From Salinispira sp. (GTDB lineage: Bacteria > Spirochaetota > Spirochaetia > DSM-27196 > Salinispiraceae), in the NCBI GenBank assembly GCA_965226555.1, contig CBDDDG010000016.1:30378-94377 (forward strand): a stretch of 64,000 nt of DNA. The letters run 5' to 3'. Within the stretch, counting starts at the first letter, position 1, and every line of letters starts with the position of its first letter. The position numbers and the translations under genes were made by a program. The notes beneath the pieces are model-generated. The model was not told the DNA's origin, searched no databases, and was given only the letters and a program-made list of their open reading frames with translations. Of this stretch, positions 37,349 to 47,416 are shown piece after piece.

Positions 37349-38719
37349 TCAACGAGCACCGGCTGCTTCAACGAGCACCCGCGTGTAACGCTTCTTTCCC
37401 GCCCGGAGTATAATGCCGTTCATGCCGCGTTCCCGCGGTGTAACGATGAATTCAATGTCTTCAATCTTCCTGTTGTTGAGCTGCGCCCCTCCCTGCTGAA
37501 CCAGCCGCCTCGCTTCGGCCCGTGAAGAGCATAAACCGCTGCGGGCAAGGAGCTCAAGAAAGCCAATTCCGCTTTCAAGCTCTTCTGCGAAAATCCTCAG
37601 GGTCGGCATCGCATTGAGCTGCTCCTTACTCTGCGCGCCAGCCCCGGTACCCGCGCCCATCCCGCCGCCGAAGGCAGCCCGCGCAGAGGCAAGGACCGCG
37701 TCTGCCGTCTGCCGTCCATGTACAAGGGCGGTAACTTCATGGGCAAGAAGCTCCTTCAGCTCGTTTATGCTGTTCGCTCCGGTTGAGCCGGTTGGGCTGT
37801 TCTGGCCGGTTGGGCTGTTCGGGCCGGTCGAGCTGTTCGGGCCTTCATCGATCTGCGCTTCCATCTTCCGAATATCTTCGGCAGGCAGAAAAGTGAACAG
37901 CTTGAGAAAGCGGATGACATCATTATCATTGACATTCCTCCAGTACTGAAAAAATTCAAAGGGGGGGGTGATGTCGGCATCAAGAAACAGGGCACCCCTG
38001 GCCGTCTTGCCCATTTTTTTTCCGTCACTGGTCAGAATGAGGGGAAAGGTGAGCGCAAAGCTCATTTTTTCATGTCCCTCGACCCGCCGAATAAGATCGG
38101 CGCCGGCAACAATGTTTCCCCACTGATCATCGCCGCCAATCTGTAACTGGCAGCCCTCACGCCGGTACAATTCAAGAAAATCGTAGCTCTGCAGAAGTTG
38201 ATAGTTAAATTCAATAAAACTCAGCCCCTGTTCCATTCGAAGGCGATAGGCTTCAAAGCCGAGCATGCGGTTTACCGAGAAATGCCTGCCGATATCACGC
38301 AGGAATTCAATGTAATTCAGATCGGCAAGCCAATCGGCATTATTAACAAATGCCGCCTGCGCGCCGCTGCGCTCCATAAAAGAATGAAGTTGTTTTCGTA
38401 TTGACCCGATGTTTTCGTTTATCTTTTCAATATCCAGCAATGCGCGCATTTCTGTTTTGCCGCTCGGATCGCCGATGCGGGCTGTTCCTCCGCCGAGAAG
38501 GAGTATCGCCCTGTGCCCTGCCTGCGCGAGATGGGCTGCCGCAAACACGGGAACGCTATGTCCGACATGGAGGCTCGGGCCTGTCGGATCAATGCCGACA
38601 TAGAAGGTGAGAGGTCCCTCATTCATGTGGCGGTCAAGGGCTTCAAGATCACTGCACTGCTGAATAAACCCCCTGTCGGCAAGGGTACGCAGAGCAGGGT
38701 TGGTAATTGCGCGGTTCAC
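37349..38719 (-). CDS. tyrS: Tyrosine--tRNA ligase with low-complexity insertions
   Basis: YVGIDPT..SLHVGH, QIGGDDQWGNI, KMGKT, C-terminal S4 domain. Confidence 0.96.
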   Translation of the reverse strand: MNRAITNPALRTLADRGFIQQCSDLEALDRHMNEGPLTFYVGIDPTGPSLHVGHSVPVFAAAHLAQAGHRAILLLGGGTARIGDPSGKTEMRALLDIEKINENIGSIRKQLHSFMERSGAQAAFVNNADWLADLNYIEFLRDIGRHFSVNRMLGFEAYRLRMEQGLSFIEFNYQLLQSYDFLELYRREGCQLQIGGDDQWGNIVAGADLIRRVEGHEKMSFALTFPLILTSDGKKMGKTARGALFLDADITPPFEFFQYWRNVNDNDVIRFLKLFTFLPAEDIRKMEAQIDEGPNSSTGPNSPTGQNSPTGSTGANSINELKELLAHEVTALVHGRQTADAVLASARAAFGGGMGAGTGAGAQSKEQLNAMPTLRIFAEELESGIGFLELLARSGLCSSRAEARRLVQQGGAQLNNRKIEDIEFIVTPRERGMNGIILRAGKKRYTRVLVEAAGAR

Positions 38720-40035
38720 GATACTCTCCGGTACTCGTTTATGGCTGTCCTGATCCGTTTGGTCAGTTCTCCAATGGGCACACGCTCTTGCTCCATACTG
38801 TCGCGGTGTCGGAGGGTGATGGTATCGTTTTCCATTGTTTCATAGTCGACCGTCACACAGAAGGGTGTGCCGACCTCATCTTGGCGGCGGTAGCGGCGCC
38901 CAATTGCCCCCGATTGATCATAGAAGGTCGCGAAGCTGCTGCGGAGTCCTGTTTCAAGCTCCCGCGCTTTCTCGGCCAGACCATCCTTCTTAACGAGAGG
39001 AAAAACTGCCGCCGTTATTGGCGCAAGATCGGGGTGAAAGCGCAGAACCGTGCGCGAATCGCCCTCCGCGAGGCTTTCTTCTTCATAGGCATCGCAGAGC
39101 AGCATGAGCAGGGTTCGGGTAAGCCCTGCGCTGGTTTCAATAATAAAGGGCAAAAAACGTTCACGGGTTCCATCATCAAGCCAGGTCATATCCTTGCCTG
39201 AAAACTCGGCATGACGCTGCAGATCGTAGTTGGTACGGTTATGAATTCCCTCCAGTTCCTGCCAGCCGAAGGGAAATTCGTACTCAATGTCAAAGGCCGC
39301 CTTTGCGTAGTGCGCAAGCTCATTCGGGCCATGTTCCTTGTACCGGAGCTTGTTCCTGCGGATACCGATTTTATCATAATAGTTCATGCGTTCATTTTTC
39401 CAGTAGTCAAAAACCTCATCATCCTGAGAGGGGTGAATGAAGTACTGCATCTCCATCTGCTCAAACTCACAGGTGCGGAATATAAAATTCTTCGTCACAA
39501 TTTCATTGCGGAAGGCCTTGCCGACCTGAGCAATGCCGAAGGGAATTTTAAGACGGGAAGACTGCAGCACATTACGGTAGTTCACATAGATACCCTGGGC
39601 CGTTTCAGGTCTGAGATAGACCGTGCTGCCCCCCTCATCGGTTGGACCCATAAGCGTTTTGAACATAAGATTAAACTGCCGGGGCTCAGTAAAGCTGCCG
39701 CGCCTGCCGCAGACCGGACAGGGAGCCGCTGTGTCAATATGATCCGCGCGGAAACGGCTCTTGCATTCCCGGCAATCTACCATGGGATCGTGAAAATTTT
39801 CCACATGCCCCGATGCCTCCCAGACCCGCGGATGCATGAGAATGGCTGCATCAATTCCCACAATATTATCGTGAAGGCGGGTCATCTCCCGCCACCAGTA
39901 AGCCTGAATGCGGTTCTTCAGTTCCACTCCCAGCGGCCCATAATCCCATGCAGAGGAAAGCCCCCCGTATATCTCCGAACTCTGAAACACAAAGCCCCGT
40001 CGCTTTGCCAGCGACACAATACTCTCAAGATTCAT
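38716..40035 (-). CDS. glyQS: Glycine--tRNA ligase (homodimeric type)
   Basis: YLRPETAQG, GKAFRNEI, EFEQME, IGRRYRRQDEVGTP. Confidence 0.96.
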   Translation of the reverse strand: MNLESIVSLAKRRGFVFQSSEIYGGLSSAWDYGPLGVELKNRIQAYWWREMTRLHDNIVGIDAAILMHPRVWEASGHVENFHDPMVDCRECKSRFRADHIDTAAPCPVCGRRGSFTEPRQFNLMFKTLMGPTDEGGSTVYLRPETAQGIYVNYRNVLQSSRLKIPFGIAQVGKAFRNEIVTKNFIFRTCEFEQMEMQYFIHPSQDDEVFDYWKNERMNYYDKIGIRRNKLRYKEHGPNELAHYAKAAFDIEYEFPFGWQELEGIHNRTNYDLQRHAEFSGKDMTWLDDGTRERFLPFIIETSAGLTRTLLMLLCDAYEEESLAEGDSRTVLRFHPDLAPITAAVFPLVKKDGLAEKARELETGLRSSFATFYDQSGAIGRRYRRQDEVGTPFCVTVDYETMENDTITLRHRDSMEQERVPIGELTKRIRTAINEYRRVS

Positions 40036-40175
40036 ACTTCATGTCTCCTCTCATTGATTGGTGAGTTCCGATAATTGCATTGCCAAGCCATTTTTTGAAG
40101 GAATTCTTCAACCCCCCGCTTCGCTGATATCTAACGCGCTCATAATGACGGATTCCTTTGCAAAACTTCCAATAT

Positions 40176-40373
40176 TCAGCCAGTCTGCGAAAGCTCCCGT
40201 AATTCCGCATCGCTCAGCCCGGTAACCTCCCGAACATCATCAGCTGAAAGCCCTATGGAAAACATTCCGCGGGCAGTTTCCCGAATGCCCTCCTGACGCC
40301 CTTCCGTACGCCCTTCCGTACGACCTTCTTCGCGACCGTATTCGCGAATCTCATCAAGCTTTGTGCCTCTCAT
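40176..40373 (-). CDS. Candidate intragenic RpnS-like protein, 65 aa
   Basis: AAGGAGG-N8-ATG (MRGTKLDEIREYGREEG...). Confidence 0.65.
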   Translation of the reverse strand: MRGTKLDEIREYGREEGRTEGRTEGRQEGIRETARGMFSIGLSADDVREVTGLSDAELRELSQTG

Positions 40374-41194
40374 GGGTTTTTCCTCCTTTCCCATTATGTA
40401 GCGTTCGAATTTTTTCTGGTTTATTTTAATACCAAATATATCAGATGCTATACGTGCAAACAAGCGCCGCAGCTCCGAAAGCTCATTTTTGAGCATATTG
40501 CGAATCGTTTCCCACATTTTACCGTTGAGCTCAGGGTCAACAAGCACCTTAGCCGACTGCTGATCAACATACATGACAGCCGCAGAAACTCCGCCTGCCC
40601 GCAACAACTCCTCCGTAGGTATTCCATGCACTACAATTGAATGGGAACGAAGCGATAACCCTGAGCCCTCTGAAGTCTCCTGCGCATCCATCTCCCTGAG
40701 AACATTCGGAACATTCCACTCATCCGTGCCATTATACAACACAATTGGAATAAAAACCGGCAATTCCCATGGGTTCAATGTTTTCATTTCTCCCGTTTTC
40801 CAAATATGCTGGCACAGAATATGTATGTAATTCAGAAACCTGCGGAGTATTGACCTGTCCACCGTTGACTGATGCTCAATGAGAACATAGACAAACCTGT
40901 TCGGATTCCGCAGGGTAATCCGATAAATAACATCGGGCCGTTTATCATCCCATTTCGAGCTGATGAGGTTGGTGTCCATCATCAGAATATCTTCGTCTTT
41001 GATGTTTTGCGCCCACATAAATTTGAGAATTCCACTCAAAATTTGACGCGCTACCGCTTTGTATGACAAAAGTTTCCGATAACATTTGTCGTAGGGGTTG
41101 TGAATGAAATCAGAACCGGAATCGGCCTTGGAATCGGCACCCGAGCCGGAATTGATCTTGGCATGAGAATCGCTATTGATTCGGAATCATTCAT
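40176..41194 (-). pseudogene. Rpn family nuclease with a 1-nt frameshift near the start
   Basis: GAGGAGG-N6-ATG at 41194 is out of frame (span 1019 nt) with IHNPYDKCYRKLLS, RPDVIY, LIEHQSTVD, PIVLYNG..W. Remainder is open. Confidence 0.75.
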
Positions 41195-41448
41195 AGCATT
41201 CCTCCTCGTAGAAAATTTTGCAGAGCAAAATTTTCTTGTAGTGAGATCGCCATAGTTATGGCGCCCTTCTACTACATAAGACGTCTAAAATATCAATGAG
41301 GACTTAGTGATGTGAGAAATGCGGAGTAATGATAGATTACAATCACATTGGAACAATACTGGCATTTTTCCCCGCTTTGACGGGGGTTATTCATTGCGGT
41401 TTGTCGGCTGTTTATGCTTCGGTGCCTGATGTTACATTGCCGTCTTCA

Positions 41449-42200
41449 TCAAAATAAATATATGAATAACCCGCATATGTCGTGCCGTTTATGGTTGTAT
41501 CCTCGGCAAGTGTTCCTTCTCGTAAACTGAGCAAAGCCCCTCTGTTCAGATCTTTCTGGTTCTGAACATAAGGAATTTATTGCCAGCAGAGGATGTTCAC
41601 CTGAGAAAACCTTGTCAATAAGTTTTACGCCATCGCCATCGGCACCAGACAATTCACGGATTCTTTGCGCAAGCCCTTTGGTGGCTTCAAATACAGCGTG
41701 AAAGTAATTATCCTGCATCAATTCCGCCTTACAATATTTATTGACTTCATAATGTATCGCGCGCCCTTTAAACTGCCCCAGAATATTTTGAACTCGCTTT
41801 TCTGCCTCTTCAAGTGTGGCTGCCGGTTTTACCCTGTAAAATTTTCCGTCCTTGCGGAACTCCAAGCCGACCATTACAAGAACGCCATTAAGTTCCGTTC
41901 GGTGTTTTTCAAACAGATCGCTTTTTCCGACAAATCGAGATGGTGCCAGAAAAAAACGAATAAAATCCACTATCTGATTCGGACTTTTTATGTCCCGCTC
42001 CAGCTCTTTGAGGCTCTGCTCCTTTTTGAACCGTGTTTGCAGAAATTCGGAATTTCCGAATTTCTGCATTACGCCCGCAATAGCGCCATGCTGAGTGGTT
42101 GTCCGGAATTTACGGATTACCACTTCTTCATATAATTCTTCCTCATTAAAAATATTGCGAATGTGCTCATTAATTGTTGATTTTGCTTTTCCAAATAACT
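41449..42200 (-). pseudogene. Chimeric remnant: RhuM-like fragment fused to a truncated TIGR02391-family protein
   Basis: LFGKAKSTINEHIRNIFNEEEL...VIRKFRTTTQHGAI (RhuM-like), then NYFHAVFEATKG...DG..L.DKVF...SEQRGF. The usual RN..AH end is missing. Confidence 0.7.
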
Positions 42201-42219
42201 CCCCTCTATTTTTTTCAGA

Positions 42220-43815
42220 TCAATTATTTTCAGACAGCCCCTCTATTTTTTCAGATCGATTGATATGAGCAGACAGTATTTTGATGCCCCGATCCAACCG
42301 CAGCAGGACTGTCTTTCTTCCCAGCAAGCGAATGCAGTCAAGCAGAGGCGGACTGGCCTTACTGCCCGTGAGAGCCATGCGCACAGGAAGCATGACCCGA
42401 CCGAGACCAACCTGCTGCCGCAGGGCAAGCTCCTCAAACCATGCATGAAAACCCTCATCATCTGCCCCATCCACCGGCAGAACCGCCCCGCCCGCCTCAT
42501 CCGGCGCGGACAGGCTGAGCGCATCGCGCACTGCCTGAAGGGCGGCGCGGGCCTGGGCGGCATTCTTCATGTTCTGAAACAATTCAGCATTCGGAATGGT
42601 ATCAATATAAAGAAATCCGAGGACAGCGGTAATATCATTCAGCGTTCTCATACGTTCCTTCGCAAGGGGCATGAGTTCGTGAAGGTTTTCTGCGCTTGGA
42701 AAATTGATGTCCGCTGCCGCCCCGGATTCCGCCGCACTGGCAGCCGCACTGTCCTGCGAGCGCCCTGAGCGCTCTTCTGTAAGACCCTCTTTGAAAATGG
42801 GAAGGCACAGTTCTGTTAAGCGATCATCACTGGTCTGTTTAATATAGTGGGCATTATACCACTGAAGTTTCCGATAATCAAAGACAGCGGGAGATTTGGC
42901 AATTTGACCCTTCACAAAGAAGTCTTCAAGTTCGTTTCGGGTAAAAAACTCCCGATTCGCGCAGGACCATCCGAGCATGCTCACATAGTTCATGAGAGCC
43001 TCCGGCAGATATCCCTCCCTCCGGAATTCAGCAACACTGCTTGCGCCATGACGCTTGGAGAGTTTTTTCCCGTCCTTCCCGAGAACCATGGGCAGGTGCA
43101 GAAAAACCGGCGCCCGCCACTCAAAGGCCTCATAAAGCAGGTGGTGCAGGGCAGCGGAGCTAAGCCACTCCTGGGCGCGGATTACATGACTTATCTCCAT
43201 GAGATGATCATCAACTACTGAAGCAAGATGATATGTCGGCAAACCGTCACTTTTCAGAAGAACCGGATCAGGGCTCATGTCGCGGTGCGCGCGCCGCACA
43301 GTCCCGAGCACGGCATCTTCAATAAGCGTTTCCCCTTCCCGCGGCAGCGCAAAACGGATAACAGCGGGAAGTCCAGCATCTTCTTTTTCGCGGCAAAGCT
43401 CCGGCGGCAGGTTCCGGCAGCGGCCATCGTATCCCTGCGGAGCTCCCTTCCGTTTCTGCTCTTCCCGTAACTGTTCAAGCCGCTGCGGGCTGCAGAAACA
43501 CGTATAGGCCAGGCCCCGCCGTATAAGTTCATGAGCATATTCACGGTACAATTCATGGCGCTCGCTCTGAATATAGGGGGCATATCTCCCGCCCTGCGCA
43601 GGTCCTTCATCGAAGCTCATACCCATCCATGAAAATGTCTCATAAATATCATCGAGAGCCCGAGGATCGAAACGATTTCTGTCAGTATCCTCTATACGGA
43701 GAATACAGCTTCCGCCATGGCTCCGCGCAAAAAAATAATTAAAGAGAGCCGTACGCAGGCTCCCGATATGCTGCAGCCCCGTGGGGCTGGGGGCATAACG
43801 AACACGGACAGTCAT
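42220..43815 (-). CDS. gltX: Glutamate--tRNA ligase
   Basis: RYAPSPTGLQHIG, LRIEDTD, KLSKRHG. Confidence 0.96.
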   Translation of the reverse strand: MTVRVRYAPSPTGLQHIGSLRTALFNYFFARSHGGSCILRIEDTDRNRFDPRALDDIYETFSWMGMSFDEGPAQGGRYAPYIQSERHELYREYAHELIRRGLAYTCFCSPQRLEQLREEQKRKGAPQGYDGRCRNLPPELCREKEDAGLPAVIRFALPREGETLIEDAVLGTVRRAHRDMSPDPVLLKSDGLPTYHLASVVDDHLMEISHVIRAQEWLSSAALHHLLYEAFEWRAPVFLHLPMVLGKDGKKLSKRHGASSVAEFRREGYLPEALMNYVSMLGWSCANREFFTRNELEDFFVKGQIAKSPAVFDYRKLQWYNAHYIKQTSDDRLTELCLPIFKEGLTEERSGRSQDSAAASAAESGAAADINFPSAENLHELMPLAKERMRTLNDITAVLGFLYIDTIPNAELFQNMKNAAQARAALQAVRDALSLSAPDEAGGAVLPVDGADDEGFHAWFEELALRQQVGLGRVMLPVRMALTGSKASPPLLDCIRLLGRKTVLLRLDRGIKILSAHINRSEKIEGLSENN

Positions 43816-43827
43816 AATTTTTCCTCT

Positions 43828-45084
43828 CTATTGATGATAGTTACTGAAGAAATCGGCAATGTCGTGAATAACATTTGTGAGAACATTCTTTTCCGGCAGA
43901 AATACCAAACGAAAATGATCGGGATGAGGCCAGTTAAAACCCGTTCCCTGAACAAGAAGAACCTTCTTTTCAACAAGAATATCGAGAATCATCCTCGCAT
44001 CGTCTGTAATGCCGAATTTCTTAACATTAACCTTCGGAAACAGGTACAGCGCCCCCTTGGGCTTCACACAGCTTACACCCGGAATTTGAGATATAAGTTC
44101 ATGGGAGATTGTCCGCTGCTCCTCAAGCCGTCCGCCTTTGACAGTCAGATCATTAATACTCTGATAACCGCCGAGGCTCGCCTGAATCGCAAACTGCGCG
44201 GGTACATTCGCACAGAGACGCATTGAGGAAAGAATGTCCAGCCCCTCCTGATAATCGCGCGCAATTTTCAGATTTCCGCTCAGGAGCATCCATCCGCTTC
44301 TGAAACCCGCTGCCCGATAATTCTTGGAAAGGCCGCCAAAGGTTATACAGAATATATCCCGGCATATACTTCCAAGAGCAATGTGCTCGTGCCCGTCATA
44401 AATTGTCTTATCGTAAATCTCGTCTGCGAAAATGATGATCCGATGTTCCCGCGCAATTTTATAGATTCCCTCAAGTATTTCACGGGGATATACTGCTCCG
44501 GTCGGATTATTCGGATTGATAACCACAATGGCGCGGGTTTTGCCGGTAATTTTTGCGCGTATATCTTCAAGCGAAGGATTCCACTCCGCTTGTTCATCGC
44601 AGATATAGTGAACAGCCCGTCCTCCCGAGAGATTTACCGATGCAGTCCACAGGGGATAATCGGGAGCGGGAATGAGCACTTCATCGCCATTGTTAATAAG
44701 CCCCTGCATGCTCATAACAATGAGTTCGCTCACCCCGTTACCAAGATAAATATTTTCCGTATCGGCATCCGGTACGCCGCGGGTTTGGTAATACTGCATA
44801 ATTGCCTTGCGCGCCGAGAAAAGCCCCCTACTCTCACAATAGCCCTGGGCATTGCGAAGGTTTACAATAACATCGTGAATCAGCTCATCCGGCGCATCAA
44901 ATCCGAAGGGGGCCGGGTTTCCGGTATTCAGATGGATAATTTTCGTACCCTCGTCTTCCAGACGCTTTGCTTCCTTGAGAATCGGGCCTCGTATGTCATA
45001 CAGCACTTCAGCAAGCTTGTCGCTTTTCAGATAGTTCTGTTCAGCCCTCATCTGTTCTGCAGGGGCTGGATTTTTTTCATTCAT
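43828..45084 (-). CDS. alaA: PLP-dependent aminotransferase, AlaA family
   Basis: YDIRGP, LNTGNPAPFGF, INPNNPTGAVY, GGLSKNYR..GFRSGW. Confidence 0.88.
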   Translation of the reverse strand: MNEKNPAPAEQMRAEQNYLKSDKLAEVLYDIRGPILKEAKRLEDEGTKIIHLNTGNPAPFGFDAPDELIHDVIVNLRNAQGYCESRGLFSARKAIMQYYQTRGVPDADTENIYLGNGVSELIVMSMQGLINNGDEVLIPAPDYPLWTASVNLSGGRAVHYICDEQAEWNPSLEDIRAKITGKTRAIVVINPNNPTGAVYPREILEGIYKIAREHRIIIFADEIYDKTIYDGHEHIALGSICRDIFCITFGGLSKNYRAAGFRSGWMLLSGNLKIARDYQEGLDILSSMRLCANVPAQFAIQASLGGYQSINDLTVKGGRLEEQRTISHELISQIPGVSCVKPKGALYLFPKVNVKKFGITDDARMILDILVEKKVLLVQGTGFNWPHPDHFRLVFLPEKNVLTNVIHDIADFFSNYHQ

Positions 45085-45968
45085 TATGCGTCTCCAATGT
45101 CCGTATTTTTCTCCATTTCCTTCGGGTCTCCCGAAACTATGGGGGGAGAAATTTTATATTTCTTCATACACCATTCACCCGCCTGTTCAATAAAATCGGA
45201 AAATAACAGGATATGAAACTGATTTTTCCTCATTTCTATCTTCTTTGACCAGGAAGACGGGGAATATTTATTTCTGATCTGTGTAAGAAATTTTTTACAC
45301 ATTTCATCAGAAACATCAAACTCGACAAACTCAATGAGCAGATAAAGGGAAAGAAGCCGAAGCATTTCATCCCGCGCATTCATGGCAATTATCAGCAGCC
45401 GCTTGCCGGCAATTTCCATTTCTCCTGTACGGAAATTGGCAAAGGCCACCATCCAGTCGGCCCAGCCGGTAGCAGTAATTTCACGATCTTTCAGAATATC
45501 TTGAAAAAAATTAATTAATCCTTCATAATCTTTTCTCACAATGTACGCGGCGCCAAAAGAATGTATTGTTCTTTTGAACAAAGCCGGATGTCTGGTCTTT
45601 ATCAGTGTACCGATATCACATATGGTGTCGAATTTACCCTGGATAACATAGGTGTTAAGGAGTATCAGAAATTTTGGGCGATCAATTCTCTTTTTTTCGG
45701 AAATTCGTTTATCAAGATAGGCTTGTAAACCCGTCCAGTCTTTTTTTTCAAGATATGCGAAGAATTTCCAGTTATATATAAAGTAGGTATCCAGTATGAG
45801 TAAAATAGCGAGGAAGAGTACCGGGCTCAGCCACGAACGTTCCCAGACCGCGAACATGTATTCCATTCCAAGCATAAATGCCGGCAGGAATGAGGCAAAT
45901 AAAAAGGCAGCGATGATAATTATGTTAAAAATTATAAATGCTAATCGATATCTCATGTCATCACCCAT
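45084..45968 (-). CDS. Hypothetical membrane protein (2 TM + helical domain)
   Basis: 294-aa ORF coupled to alaA. Confidence 0.7.
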   Translation of the reverse strand: MGDDMRYRLAFIIFNIIIIAAFLFASFLPAFMLGMEYMFAVWERSWLSPVLFLAILLILDTYFIYNWKFFAYLEKKDWTGLQAYLDKRISEKKRIDRPKFLILLNTYVIQGKFDTICDIGTLIKTRHPALFKRTIHSFGAAYIVRKDYEGLINFFQDILKDREITATGWADWMVAFANFRTGEMEIAGKRLLIIAMNARDEMLRLLSLYLLIEFVEFDVSDEMCKKFLTQIRNKYSPSSWSKKIEMRKNQFHILLFSDFIEQAGEWCMKKYKISPPIVSGDPKEMEKNTDIGDA

Positions 45969-45981
45969 TTCTTTATGTACT

Positions 45982-46065
45982 AAAAAGTTTCATCGAGAAA
46001 ATTTTGCATTGATAAAGTTTTGCTACTGGAAATTGCGCAAGCAATTTCCAGTAGCAAAACTTTGA
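45982..46065. repeat. Family A hairpin repeat
   Basis: AAAGTTTTGCTACTGGAAATTGCGCAAGCAATTTCCAGTAGCAAAACTTT, a perfect long stem. Confidence 0.85.
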
Positions 46066-46126
46066 TCTATGATAATGAACTTACGATAATTGTTCTACAG
46101 GAACGTACAAAGTTTCATGGAGGTAT

Positions 46127-47281
46127 ATGAAAGATTATTTACTAAATTCACTTAAAACAGGTAATTACTTTTCCAGAGAAGTTTTTCTCGATGAAAACTA
46201 TATTATTCTTTCTCAGGAGACCCCGTTTGATGAGCAGTTAAAAAACAGGCTGCTCCGCTGGGACTATGCTCAGATACATTCTGAAGGTACTCCGGTAGAA
46301 GGTCCATCCGTGAAAATTGATGATCCTGTCCCAGAGACCATCAACCTTAATTCACAATTAAAGGAACAGGAGCATCTGAAAAATGCTTCCCTGCGGTTCA
46401 ATGAAATGCTGCAATTTACCGATAATCTTTTCAATACTTTTTCCAAGGATGGGAAAATTCCCCTGAAGGATTTAACTGAGAAAATAAAAACCTTTGCAGA
46501 TAGTATCAGAAATCTCCGTCAGTTTATCCTTCGCTATGATGAGTTTGAAGCATCTTCAAACATGACCGCAGTACAATCGGTAAAAACAAGCATTGTGAGC
46601 ATTATTCTCGGGCAGGAATTACATTTTCCACCTCACCGCCTTATTGAGCTTGGCATCAGCAGTCTACTTCACAACATCGGGATGCTTAAACTCCCCTCGG
46701 AATTATATATGTCAGATAAAATACTGAGTGAGCAGGAGAGAAAGGTGATATCGACACATCCCATACTCGCTTTCAAGACGCTGAAGGCTCAGCAATACCC
46801 CATGAATGTCTGTCTGGCAGTATTGGAAAGTCATGAAAATATGGACGGCAGCGGTTATCCGCAACACATCAATGGCGCACACATAAATCAATACAGTAAA
46901 ATTATCGCTATCTGTTCCTCCTACGCGGCCATGACATCGAAACGCCCATTCAGAATTTCAATGAATGCCTATCAGGCAATGCTGGAGCTCTTGAAAATGC
47001 GGGATATCCGCTACGATTCACATATGCTCAATGTTCTGGTCAAGTCCCTTTCGCTGTATCCAATTGGAACCTTTGTTCAAATAAAAAACGGCGCACAGGG
47101 AATGGTCGTAAATACTCAGGCGGACAAGCCTCGGGCGCCCATTATCAGGCTGCTCAGAGAATCAACAGGTGAAATATACCGAAAAAGTTCAACGGTCAGT
47201 ACGGATAAGCCGGAATATCAGATAACATCTGTCCTCCCTCCAGACAAAACTACTGCCCTGAAAGCCGCATTAAAACACTAG
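46127..47281 (+). CDS. HD-GYP domain protein (degenerate metal ligands)
   Basis: LLHNIG (HD replaced by HN), HENMDGSGYP, YPIGTFV tail. Confidence 0.85.
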   Translation: MKDYLLNSLKTGNYFSREVFLDENYIILSQETPFDEQLKNRLLRWDYAQIHSEGTPVEGPSVKIDDPVPETINLNSQLKEQEHLKNASLRFNEMLQFTDNLFNTFSKDGKIPLKDLTEKIKTFADSIRNLRQFILRYDEFEASSNMTAVQSVKTSIVSIILGQELHFPPHRLIELGISSLLHNIGMLKLPSELYMSDKILSEQERKVISTHPILAFKTLKAQQYPMNVCLAVLESHENMDGSGYPQHINGAHINQYSKIIAICSSYAAMTSKRPFRISMNAYQAMLELLKMRDIRYDSHMLNVLVKSLSLYPIGTFVQIKNGAQGMVVNTQADKPRAPIIRLLRESTGEIYRKSSTVSTDKPEYQITSVLPPDKTTALKAALKH

Positions 47282-47416
47282 AGGGCTGTGTCACAAACAG
47301 ATGGAAGGGCGTTCCGCGTTTTCAGAGATTCTCAGGGCTGCCAATGTTACTCTGGGAAATAATTACCCCAAGGCAATTGTCAACCTTGCCGATTCACGCA
47401 GGAAGGCGCTTGACGC

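Noticed and set aside
39211..40074. Long antisense ORFs (also 4155-5048, 8819-9685, 44383-45216)
   Set aside because: Shadows of well-supported genes on the opposite strand, with no recognisable motifs.
47279..47300. IS-end-like GAGGGCTGTGTCACAAA
   Set aside because: No partner inverted repeat or transposase found nearby.
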